From Auanema rhodensis (Eukaryota; Animalia; Nematoda): DNA of 64,000 nucleotides. Location of the stretch: assembly GCA_964057225.1 (NCBI GenBank), contig OZ059899.1, forward strand, positions 8,680,001 through 8,744,000, in the 5' to 3' direction. This document shows, in pieces, positions 1 through 11,900 of the stretch. A model generated the notes under the pieces. The model was not told the origin of the DNA and ran no database searches. It was given only the letters and a program-made list of their open reading frames with translations. Numbering within the stretch: the stretch's first letter is position 1; each line of letters begins with the position of its first letter. A program made the translations under genes and the position numbers.

Positions 1-2149
1 ACAAATGAAATAAAATTTATAAAATTAATCATAATTTTCAGTAATTGAAATATTTTTATAATTCGGATTTAGACTTTTTGACCTTTACTCGTTGATTTAC
101 ATATACAGTTGACTTTTAGGGGAATAGGGGCGTGGCCAGTTGAAAGAGGTTCGTCGTTTATTGGCTATTGCGGCGATGGCTGACCAATAGCCGGCCCTGC
201 TTCCATCTGGCTTATTCAAGACCTTTCCAGCTGTAGTTCAGTGTTCCTCTCAACACTAATGCTACTAACGTCATACACGTATATAAGCTAGTAGATTCTA
301 CTCTTCCTCCTCCTCTTCTAGAGATGAACGGTTGATATGTCACCCTTTTGGAATTATCTTATTCGATTTCCTTTTTTTTCGAAAGTGAACACAAGTGCGG
401 AAAGATTTGCAACTAATGTGTCTCATAAGATGTTATAAAATTCTAAGTTTATAGTCTTACAACCAATTACTTGATGCATAGTTTAAAACAGCAAGAAACT
501 TGAATTCTTGCTTCATTTCATAATTATAATAATTTCCATAACTTAATCAAAAATATTAGTTCAACTTTCTCAAGCAGCTTGTTGGTTTTGTGATACTTTT
601 TGAAATGCTTTGAATGTTGCTAGCTGTTCAATTTCGTTTCTATGCTACCGAAATTTCACTCTTCCGTTCTCGTAAAGTTTCTCAAATTTCACAAATTGTT
701 AAAACGTTTATAGAGGTGAGCACGATATAGGTCTACCGTATACTTATAGCCTTTTTTTTGGCTTTTCTATCATCAACATAACGGAAATGAATAATAAGGT
801 ATAAGAACCAGTATTAAATCTTATATCTATATATGCTTTCATGCCTATAACTAATCTCACTTGTTATCTTGATTCATTTCTCTTATTTTTATTTGATACT
901 CGAAGATCAAACATTTGCTACAAGTTAATTAGTTATCCAATGTCTTTTGAAGTTCAAAATTGAAAGTTCAATAGTATATCGCTGATCATTAGCTTACAGG
1001 AACTACCCAATTAAACTCACCAAAAAAAACATTGAAATGAAAAAAAATAGTTACGGAACCTACATAAAGAATGATCGCGAACGGCAAAACGTTTTCTTTC
1101 ATTACAACAAGGGGGGGGGGTGTTGAATGCGCTTCACCATTCGATAAGCTGTTCTTTTGATGGCATTGTGGATTAGTTGTAATCATTCAGATGTTTGAGT
1201 TCTTTGAATATTCATCTTTATTCTAGATAATTGCTAATCATTGTATTGTACATTGATATATTCTCTTAGTCACTTTCTTTCACTCTTTTGAATTTTTAGT
1301 GGTTTTTTTAAAGTTTCATTTGATTTAATTTGTATGTTGCGACTAGTTTTTTTGAACTGTAGCATTCAATGCTGCTCACTGGTTCATAAGGCTTCAGCTT
1401 CCATACATTTGGGCTCTCTGGATCCCGTTAGTTTGGCCTGCCAGAATGCATTACCGTAATCCCTCCCCCAGCAGCTTGAGCTATTTCTGAGCGCGCTCTC
1501 TGTCTATTCTTCAACGAACACCACTCAGTTTTCCTTAGATGGAGATTTTTTTTCTGCAGCTTATGAGAGCATATATTCTTATCCAAAAAGCTATTTGAAT
1601 GATTAATCGGTTCAAATTTCTTAATAAACTGAAAATAAAATAGCTGCGAAGTCCAACAGGATGACAAAGATATTCTGCTTCTCAGCCAGGATAATTCGTT
1701 ACGGCATATATTTGATGTCTTCCAGGAAGATTTCAGTTCATTGTCCAAATCAAAATCCGAATTTGAATCCGTAAAACAAAAAAGGGATTTCACCATTTGA
1801 AGCAAAAGTTGCTAAAATTATTTTGTATAGAAGAGCTCGAACGCACGATTTTTCGTTTTTTTATCTTGAAGTACAATAGAAAACGTTTTTTTTCTGATGA
1901 AAATCTCCATTTTGTCGACAAACATTGGATAGAACGAGAAAGAGCTGTTTTTTTGCCGCATCGCCTCGGGCTTCAGAACACCAAAATTAGAAATTGAGAG
2001 AAAATGATTATAGTTTCCGAATATTTCCGCAAAGGGGATATAGATTTATACTGATAATTCATTTTGCAGAAATCATGAATTTATAGTTTAATCTACATAT
2101 TTTTTCATGTTTTCACGTCATTTCGTGGTAAGAATTTGTAATGTAATCT

Positions 2150-3360
2150 GACAGATTGAACTCTGCAGTTTCTTTCTAGTTCATCAAATCACTTGTATGA
2201 TCGTACCATGGTGAACTAACTGACACGCGCACCTTTTATGCAGTTGATAGTTCTCTTTTTTCCTCTCCTTTCTCTCTCTCTTTCTATCTACCTCTCTATT
2301 TTTGTCTCTCTCTGTATCTCTCTCTCTCTCCCTCTCATTCTCTCGTTACCATGTTGCTCTGATTCGCTATCTCCTCCTCGAAACCATCAATTCCCTCCCT
2401 CCATCATCTTTCTTTCTTTCCTTCTCACAGCTCTTCTCTTTTCCTCGTCGACGATGAACTGACGGTTCATTGAAAAAAACGTTCAATGCTCAAGTCGTTC
2501 AGCCCTCCCACCAGGCACGGACCCTCCCATTCGTCTCGATCTGGTGCAGCTGATCGATTGAGCCTGACGGGCCGTTTGCCCTCTTCGTTCGTCTGACAAC
2601 GTCCTCGACATCCGACGACGTCCGTTCGTGGAGTTCATCTCGACCAGTTCATTCCGACCGTTCAGAATGCCTTTCAGAGACGGCTCGTGCGGGCGTTAGT
2701 AGCATCCAGCAGCAGCCGTCCATCAGTGGTGGTGTTCTCTTGCAGAGAGTTTGCTTCTTCCATTCAAGTTCAAACTTGGCCAAAGTAACCTTCTACCGTT
2801 ATTAGCCTCCTCTTGTCTTCGTTCCCTCTTTTTCGTTTATTCTCCCTCGTTCTCTCTTCTTTCTTCGGTTTCACTTCAAACCCGATCCAGCAACCTACGA
2901 CATAAACCACGCCCATTCGTTTTTTTTGCACTCTGCTTGTCTGTACGCACTCTTCTCAAACATATACTTCCACCCATTTATCTTCTCCCCCCCTCGTTCT
3001 CTCCCTACCATCTCCTCCCCTCTCTCTATGAATTCCCCTTCTCTCTATCACGCTCATTCTGCATCTTTCTATCCTTGCACGACGACGAACGACAAAAAAC
3101 GACTGGCCGCCAGCATCATCACTTCTGCGCATCTACATTCCGATCAGGAGAGACATGCCTGATGGTTGGCTGCTGGCGGTCTAGGCTCTCCAGTAACCCA
3201 TTTCATTCCAACTAGCTTGGCCTTTTCCCTATTAAAGAAAATTCGAGTTCAACAGATCTAGAATTATTCAGGCCAAATGTACTCTTTGAATTCCGTCTAC
3301 TAGTAGTGTATTGAGCTTAGAGTTTGATCTCAGCGTACTTTCGCCACGTGCACTTGATGT
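2150..3360 (+). promoter_or_regulatory. Putative promoter/enhancer of the let-7-family miRNA, rich in AGTTCA/AGTGCA nuclear-receptor half-sites
   Basis: GC-rich island with CT tracts and no credible spliced ORF, 0.7-1.9 kb upstream of the hairpin. AGTTCA/TGAACT at 2157, 2178, 2212, 2455, 2632, 2646, 2767, 3246; TGCACT at 2927 and 3349. Confidence 0.55.
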
Positions 3361-4016
3361 TTCGCAACTTGTTGGGAATGTGATGGCAGGATCGATTCTG
3401 GCAATATCACTTGCTGGTTTTCGGAACCGTGTTCGGATTCAGAAGGCAAATCATTTCTTTTTAATTTGACAATTAAGTCTTTGTTAAATTAGTTTTTGAA
3501 AACTTTTCTCCAGTCAAGCTATTCACGACCGGATACAAATTGCGAGTTAATTTCATAGAGAGAGATCATTGTGAACATTAGAAACGATTTCGAAAATGAT
3601 CTAGTCTTTCTGCAAAAAAAAGCTACAGTAGTAGCAATTTGGCCTTCCATATGTGAACATACTATTCAACTATTAGAAGTTAGTCCATTTTTCTATGTAA
3701 ATAATGCTTAAACATGTAATAATTCAAAATATTATTATTAAGAAGCAATATTCATACTACATACCGTAATCTATCCAATTAAAGAATTCAATTTTAGATA
3801 AAAGCTTATTCAATTCAATTTGCTATGCATCTTTGATTTGTATTAACTATGATAAATTCTCATAGTATTTGCTTATAAGTAACCATCAGTCATCACTAAA
3901 AAAACATTTTAAAAAGTTTATAAAACATTCTCATGTCATATAATTCATATATTCTGGTAACAAAGTATTTTATTATTATTTTATCATTTAGTTTATACTC
4001 ATATTCAAATAATCAA

Positions 4017-4083
4017 ACCAGTTGAGGTAGTTTTAAAGTTATGGTTTCTTGAGCCCATAGCCTTTAATTCTACTTCGCCTGGT
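4017..4083 (+). ncRNA. mir-84: let-7 family microRNA precursor (mir-84-like); predicted mature 5p 4023-4044 UGAGGUAGUUUUAAAGUUAUGG
   Basis: TGAGGTAG let-7 5' end/seed at 4023. The arms pair by hand: TGAGGTAG/CTACTTCG, TTAAAG/CTTTAA, TTATGG/CCATAG, with a 10-nt loop (TTTCTTGAGC) and basal stem ACCAG/CTGGT. U at position 9 fits let-7/mir-84 rather than mir-48/241, and the 3' half is not let-7 itself. Family call is strong; the mir-84 name is less certain. Confidence 0.88.
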
Positions 4084-5823
4084 AGATATACTTTGAAATG
4101 AGATTTGATTCATAAATGCATATTTACGTGTATATTAATAAATATTTTTATAATTATGTATTTGATTCATATAAAAAGATATGTTTAACATATAGATTTT
4201 TAAATTTTTATTAGTTTTATATAAGTTAAAAGAACTTTTGCTCCAACTTATAACGTGCATATCAAACTATTTAAAAAATGTAAATAATTAAGAACATCCC
4301 GTGCTTACCTAAATTCTATAAACTCATATCCTTCTCAAGAAAAAAAAAAGTAAAATCAGTAGCTTTGTGTGTTGTTAACTATTTTATTCTACACGTTTTA
4401 TATGATTCAGAAGAAAGTTTTAAGATTATAGAAATGCAGCTGCTAGTTTACAGCTTTTCAACTTTTTTTTCCCTCATTAGTTAAACTTTTACAGGGAAAA
4501 AAACAGAAAAGATACATAGAAACAGAAGTAGAAGAAATCAACTATGAAGTATGTTGTTCAATTCGCAGAAAATAGATAGAAGTAGAAGTTTCTTATAACA
4601 TAAGAACTTTTCGTTTAATTAAAATTTTAAAACTAACAGAAACAAAGAACTGAGAATGATATTGAAGTTAAATCAAAATTCTGCAAAATGCGATAAAAAA
4701 TGTTGAATCTTCATACAAATTCATTTTTTTCAAGTGTAAACATAAATTTATATGATCGCTTATACTGTAAAACTTTAGTTGATGTTTGTTCTTGTTTTTT
4801 CTCTCGAAAAATTCATATCTCTTGTCACCTCTCATCCTATAATCTATAAAGTGTTCACGCCTTTATATTCGTCTGGTTTAGTTTATTATTTGCTCAAACA
4901 ATCTCGAAAAAAAATGAAAACATTATCCTACAACGATAATTTGAAAAAAAAAACGTGGAAACAGTCAGTTTAGTAGCTTCTGGTCGCAGTTCCATGGTAA
5001 CATGCTCAAAGTGCCGAAAGCATGTCTCTCCGAAGCAGGTTACCGTACTCACCCATTTGACTCATCACTACCTCGTTTCTATTTTGAATGGTTCTGAATC
5101 GGCTAAATCGCATATTCATCAAGCATCAAGGGCAGCAATTAGAACCGCAGATGTGCCATTTTGCTGAGAATGAACCATTTAGAGACGATTGGATTGGATA
5201 AAAAAGTCAAAAGGATTTCCCTACGTCGTTTTGACCAGTTTTCATTTGACGTTTTCTTCTTTCTAATATGTCAGAATCGTTTTTTCTTGGTTTTTCATTA
5301 ACGTTCAAAAGAGCTACTGTCACTATGGCTTTTAAGATGAAAAATATTGAAAATAAATTTAAATTGATCTTTTAGGTTTTCATTTAACAAAATAATTATT
5401 TTAATATTTTATTTTAATTATTGAAATATATATAAAAAAATATTTTAATTCTGATTTTATATACCAGTTTATAACAATGAGATACTTATTATTACAACAA
5501 ATTACTACATATCTAACAAATTATAAAATTCAAAAAAAAGTTATTGACAGCATTATACTAAAGTCAAATATTAATTAGATTATAAAACAATAATAATTAT
5601 AATAATTAATATAAAATTTAAAAAAATATTAAGATTTCCAAAAAAATTATAAATATTAAAAAAAATAAAATAAAAAACAAGAGAATCAATAAGAATCCTG
5701 AGTAAAGATATATTATCCAGTAAACTAGAAATGTTCCACCCGTTTTACAAATATGCCAATCTTGCTCATACATATATACATAGATTGAAATATGAAAATT
5801 ATTAGAACAATAAGTGACACATA

Positions 5824-8800
5824 TCAAGCTTCTTGTGGAACATTGCTAACAGAATCTCCAATTTGATTCAATGGAATCGACCTGAAACACCTACAAAAAT
5901 CTTTGTTTCTTCAATGAATAAACAATGTTTTCAGCATTCTTGACATGTGTCTTAGGAATTATTTCTATTAAATTATGAATTTGTATCAAAAAATATAATT
6001 TTTCTTTCTTTTTATGTTAATTCGATGAATATAATGGTTTTATATAACATATAATGAATATTATAGAAGAAATAATATCAAACCTTGTATATGGTGTTTT
6101 ACTGTCTCTATAGACTCCCCTACAAATACAGCTCAGCCAGCAAATTTTATTTTTCATTTGTCGTCGAAAATGTTTACTAAATAGAAAATATTTTTAATTT
6201 AAAAATGAAATAGTTTCAGTTTCACCTGCTCATGCAGAATAAAAAGAAATTCGCGACCTTTCCACTAACTACAACTGATGAAGATAAAATTATCCATGTA
6301 TACCAATTACGATCACCAAGCATACTATTTAAATGAAAAATATACCTGAAATGATATAAATTAAATATTTATTTATATTTAATATATTTTATTTTATTTA
6401 TGTAAAATTTAAAAAAATATTTACATATTTGCCGACAATATAGCTGATGGTACGTGTGTTATAACGGATGCTGAGACAATAGCAGCTACAGTAACCGTAA
6501 CATGTCGCTCCGCTTTACATAATTGTCGACTCCATGTACCACTTCAAATTAAATAATTAATATATAAAAATAAATAAACTATGATAACTACCTGTTATTA
6601 GATCCATTACGACTAACTACAGTTGATTTCCGACGTACCGGCTCTAAAAGAGGTGGTGTTTCATCACAACTAGTTCTTAACGATGATTCAATGATGCTTG
6701 AACGAATGTTGGAACTACATTCGCGCACTGATGTAGCAGTTTCCAAGAACTATAAGATTAAGTAAAATATAAAATATTTATATGATAATGATGTGAATTA
6801 CCTGTCGACGGTTTCTTAAATAGTATATAAGGCAAGCATTTATAACTATAAGTAATGCCATTGGTAACAGATTTTGAAAGAATACATTTATGATGAAGAA
6901 GAAAGCAACTACAGTATTACTCTGAGTAGCAACCATTTTCTGTTCTCCCTGTAATAATAAATTATGCTTTTTAAAAATAAAAATATAATAAAGATTGAAT
7001 TTATTTTTTATTTTTCTAGAAAAAAAGTTCAAGACTGATAGCTCAACTCTATTAATATTTTTTTCTCATTTCAATATTTTGAATAAACTTAAGAGAATAC
7101 CTCTGATGGTCCTGTAACACCAAATGTGAAATTCATGTGTAATGTTATTAAAGCAGTAAATACAAATATTGCTGGAATAGAAATCCATTCTCTATATGAA
7201 CAGTTTGTACTGAAAATATAGAATACGATAAGTTGATTCAATGTTTCAACATTAACTTACTGATGTAATCTTGTAGAAAATGGAGATTTTATTGCCCAAA
7301 GTCTTTCAAATGAAACAGCTACCATCAACCTATAAAGTATAATATATCAAAACAATTTCTAATTAAGAATGTCATACATATACATATGTATAATATATAT
7401 ATATAAATATATTTATAATATATATGTATGTCATGTGAGTATAGAAACAAAAGTATGAAACAACATACCAACTGCTTGCCCCTGAGAACCAATTAAGAAG
7501 AAAAGTAAAATGAGATTTATTCTTTATATAGAATTGTGCGAAATCTGTTAAACATGACTTTTCCACAGTTTTATTTCCGGATGATTCTATAAGTTTCAGT
7601 TTCACATACTTGGTTATAACTATACTATATGCTTTATGTTTAATTTTTTGAAACATACCTGTACATCGCTCATATACCCAATCATGTCTTCGAGATAGAT
7701 TATTTGGAATCATTGAACATAAAAATAGAATATCTGATATTGCAGCAAATGCTAGCATAATATTTGTTCTGAAATGAAATCATTATCGTTTTCAAAAAAG
7801 CTTTAATTTTTTTTCTTTAAATTTCTCATTTTTTGCTTATTTTTGAAATTCCCTTCCCCCTACATATGATCTCTATCCCTTTTTTGGAGGTTATCTTGAC
7901 AGTGTGACTGAGCTTACGTAAGGTACTCGTATTCACCATGAGCAAATACATCGCAAAGTCTAAATTTTCCTCTCCAAACCAATAGAACTAATTGAAATAT
8001 AGGTAAAAATGTATGTTCTCACGGATTCACTCCAAGAATATTCTTCAGAATTCAATGGTCAGGTGATCGTATTTCCAACCAGGAAAAATGATTTGTTAGA
8101 CCATTGCAGTAACTTGAGGAAAACAAAATTTTGATTTGTTGAAGCTTTTTTCCCGCTTTTGATTTTATTTGAAAGTAAGGCTGAGAATACATTAGACATT
8201 CCTCACACATTTTTTTTCATTAAAAGACATTTAAATTTGAAAAAAAGAAAGAAAAGTAAACGTTATATGTATGTATATGATATTACTTATTATGGAAATA
8301 TTCTAACTATTGCTTAGTTCCACACAAACGTTTTCAGAAAAATATTTGTTTCAAAGAAAAAAAAATTTTTTTTAGAAAGAAAATATAATCACATAGAAGA
8401 ATCTTCTATTTTATTTATAAATTCAATCAGATGATCTCGATAGTAATGATCATTAATTAACACTTATATCCAAAAAAAATTATATTTACATCAATCTAAT
8501 ATTTTAATTTTTAATTTAAAAGTTTTAATAATTATTTTATTCAATATTATATTAAAATATATAATATGAATTACTCAATAAACAAAAGAAATCTGATTGT
8601 TCAGTCTGAAATATCATCACTATATTTTAAAAAAAATTCAAAGTTATTCCACTTTCAATCTATTTTTAGAGAATCTTTGCTGATATCAGATTTGCTTTAT
8701 TCAATTTTAATTGAGAAATGGACATTGAGTCATATCCTACATCCTAACCGGCTTATTCACGTTTCAATTTTTTTTGTTTATTGTTTGTTTATCAACAAAT

Positions 8801-8953
8801 TAAAAAAGGATTAGTTTGAATGTTAACTTGCCTACTGCGCATAGGTGTGGACAGCAGTACAAGTAGATTAATGAAATTGCCACCAACACCAAGTATTGCT
8901 TGAAATGGGAAGATGAACTCGCATGTGGCCTCTACGTAGCGTCGATAGCTCAT
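5824..8953 (-). CDS. Class A (rhodopsin-like) GPCR, nematode FMRFamide/myosuppressin-type peptide receptor family (frpr/dmsr-like), ~406 aa
   Basis: 11 phase-compatible exons: 8953-8832, 7768-7659, 7586-7469, 7329-7261, 7209-7101, 6948-6802, 6749-6592, 6541-6425, 6345-6226, 6176-6084, 5881-5824 (1221 nt). Motifs: TM1 GVGGNFINLLVL, MRSRTN, TM2 LAFAAISD, TM3 VAVSFERLWAI, TM5 LLP, TM6 THVP, TM7 GKVANFFLFCMSSKHFR. The N-terminus is very short, so an upstream exon is possible. Confidence 0.9.
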
Positions 8954-11900
8954 CTTGAATGGAAAACATATGCAAATCAGAAATATGAAGAATCATAAGA
9001 GAAGACATTCAAAGGAAACGGAAATATAAGCTCAAGCTTTTGATATCTGGGTCATCATCGTCATCATCATTTTGTCGTCATCAATGTAAATTAGACAATA
9101 AAAGAATGGATAAATCAGATAATTAAGAAAGATATATCAAATATATAAATAAATATATTTTATCAAATTAACTTAGAAAATAAAAAGATAATATAGTATT
9201 TCAAGAGATTTACGTTAAAACTATTGATATCTAACTCAAGAGTTGAGTATTCTGGTCATTTTTTCACTTCCGCTATCAAAACTGTGATCTGAACACGTAG
9301 ATTTTAATGTGATTTTACTTATTTCAACTATTTTTTCTGAATTTTATGTGAGCAGAATAGAGAAAACGAAAAAAGGAAGAAGAGAGAAGACATGAATGAA
9401 AGAGATACAGCATGAGATGAAAAAACAGAACCATGTATGCTCGGTGCAACTGTTCCACATTGCCTAATTCTTCCTTGAATTAAGGAACTGATGAGTTGAT
9501 TGAGCAGCTGAACATGAACCCAAAAGTAATGACGTAAGAACAACAACAAGCTGAATAAAAGAAGAGCCACAACCGCTCATGCTTAATGCAAAATGCAAAA
9601 TGATGCAAGAGGTACATGGTGTGATTTAAGCAATGAAGGTTGTACATGTGGTATACATGAAAATAATATGAAATTTCAATTTTAGAATTTAAAAATAAAT
9701 AGAAAAAGGACAACAATGATGTTTTAAATGATGTGATTGTTGTATATGAAATATTCTACACTTTAGCCAATGAAAAACTACTAAAGTTGTTATTCTTTTA
9801 AGAATGATTGTCTCAATATTTCTTTCATCATCGAAAATAATTTAATTGCAAATTCATGAGCCTCTACATAACGTATCAACTTGTCTCACCTTTTATAAAA
9901 TTTCTTTTGAGATATGAACTTGGTTCAAGGAATAGTTTGTAATATAATTATCACTCGTGAATGAAAGATAAAATCATATAATATCTTTATAATAAAGTGA
10001 AAAGATTGAGAAAAATGATAAAAGTAAAAAAGGAAGTGAAAAGATGATGTTCTTGAAAGGGAAATTTAAATTTTTTTGGTCGGAAATGAGCTAGAGTTGA
10101 GTTCAAGCCGCGAGCAAGAGGAGAAGGAGGAGTCAAGACATGTTTGGATAGGTGGCATATGTGTACGCCTAGACAAAGAATGAAAAATTTGTTGAAACTT
10201 GTTTTTTTTTGTGGAAGGCAGAAGAAAATAAAAAAGATCTATGATGAGCTTGAAGCAAAATGAGCAAAGCCGACACAATGAGTTTAGTATATTTAAAAAT
10301 AGTAAAACGAAACATTATTCGGAAATAAAAACTGTAATAGATACATATATTTATAAGAATTCATAAAAATATAAGAAATGGAAACTTTTTTTTGAAATAT
10401 TGAGATACTTTGAAGGTTTTTCATAAAACTTTACTGTCCTATACATGAATACTAAATATTTTAAATTTAAGTGAAAAGTATGAAAATTGAAAAATGAAAA
10501 AGAAAATTATGAGGATAGATTGAAAATTTTCAATTGTTCTCACAATGAAACAAAAAAAAATTAATTTTTAATTTATTTAATAATTATGTGATCAACATTC
10601 ATCTACTTCCAACTTTATGCTGTATATTGAAGATAATGCTGTTAATGTTTTGTCAAAAACAATTTTTTAGGCTATGGTTCCGAGAAAAAAACTTAAATAA
10701 ACAGAATATTTCATGATTTCCGAAAATGAAAAAGATACGTATATAGAAAGGATACACTACTTTATTTTTTCAAAATTCAAACTCTACGTTGCAAAGAAAA
10801 AAATATCAAACAAAACTGAGAAAGACAATTAGCCGAAAAGTGTGTGTGTGAGAGAGAGAAAGAAAGAGAGAGAGGGAAAGAGAGAAAGAGAAAAAGAGAA
10901 AGAGAGACAGTAGTGTTGTAAAAGTTTCAAATTTTCATAAGAATATGATTATTTATATTATATAAATTAACATAATGCACTTTTATATTTTTATAGAAAT
11001 ACCAATTAATGATTTTAGAAGTTCAAGAAGCGACATAAAATTGGCTAAAATGACAAGAATGCAGCACATTTTGATAGGAGCGAGAAAACAAAAAAAAACA
11101 CGAGTCGAAATGTGCAATTGGCATTATGTAATTGTGAGCAAAAGAGAAGTATTAAAAGATTTTTATTTAGATGCTAAGCTTTTACCTCACGTTGTCATGC
11201 TGCAAAAAAAAAGAAATTACATTGCTCACCGACTATAAATTATTTGTTTGAAGGAAGATCAGAAACTGAGATAAGTATATGAAAATGAATAAAGTATATA
11301 ATATTATTTTCCATAAAGATTTAAATAACAAAAAAAATTCTTCTTTGACCTTTCCAAAACTAGGAAAATGATCTTTCGTGGACCATGAAGAAAGAAATGA
11401 ATTACGTTATGAGATGAATATTTCTTGAACATTTAGTGTGGGAAATATGTGAAAAATGTCGGATGAGGTTTCATCTCTATTAAAAAAAACCGAGAAAAGA
11501 TAGCTTTAAGCAGAAGATTTAAGTACCAAGGTAAAGGAAACTAAAACGTTCTTAAATATTGAGAATAGTATGAGAAGAATGAATGAACAAAGATTCATTT
11601 TCAATATTATCATATGAAGACGCTTAATAAAGCGAAGAAGATTATTAAAAAAAAGTTTTTGAAGTGGCAGACAGAGAAGAAACATTAAGATGAAAGAAAT
11701 GAGATGTGCAATGTTGATATTCAAGCATTTTTATCGTTTTCTCTAGAAATTCATGTACCTTTCTGTATGTACATATACGGATGGACAAACGAGCGTACAT
11801 GTTAATGTTCAGATTCTATCTAACTCATTAAGCTGAAGATCTTCATATAATCATGTACTTTATATAAAATATTATATATAGTATATACTATAATATATAT

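Noticed and set aside
2288-2294. let-7 seed match CTACCTC upstream of the hairpin
   Set aside because: Embedded in a CT-rich low-complexity tract where such matches arise by chance; no 3' pairing.
2238-3215. ORFs of 74-154 aa in the GC/CT-rich island
   Set aside because: Leu/Ser/Phe/Pro composition reflects CT tracts; no splice structure or domain; the region is better explained as regulatory.
5025-5078. A second let-7-like miRNA on the - strand (CGAGGTAGTGATG...)
   Set aside because: Only 8 bp pair (with CTGCTTCG) across 45 nt and the interior is unpaired; not a pre-miRNA. Better read as a + strand target site.
7917-8030. Alternative first coding exon of the GPCR (phase-2 GTAAGC donor, FLPIFQLVLLVW...)
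   Set aside because: No in-frame ATG, an in-frame TGA just upstream, no good acceptor, and it lacks the TM1 GN motif.
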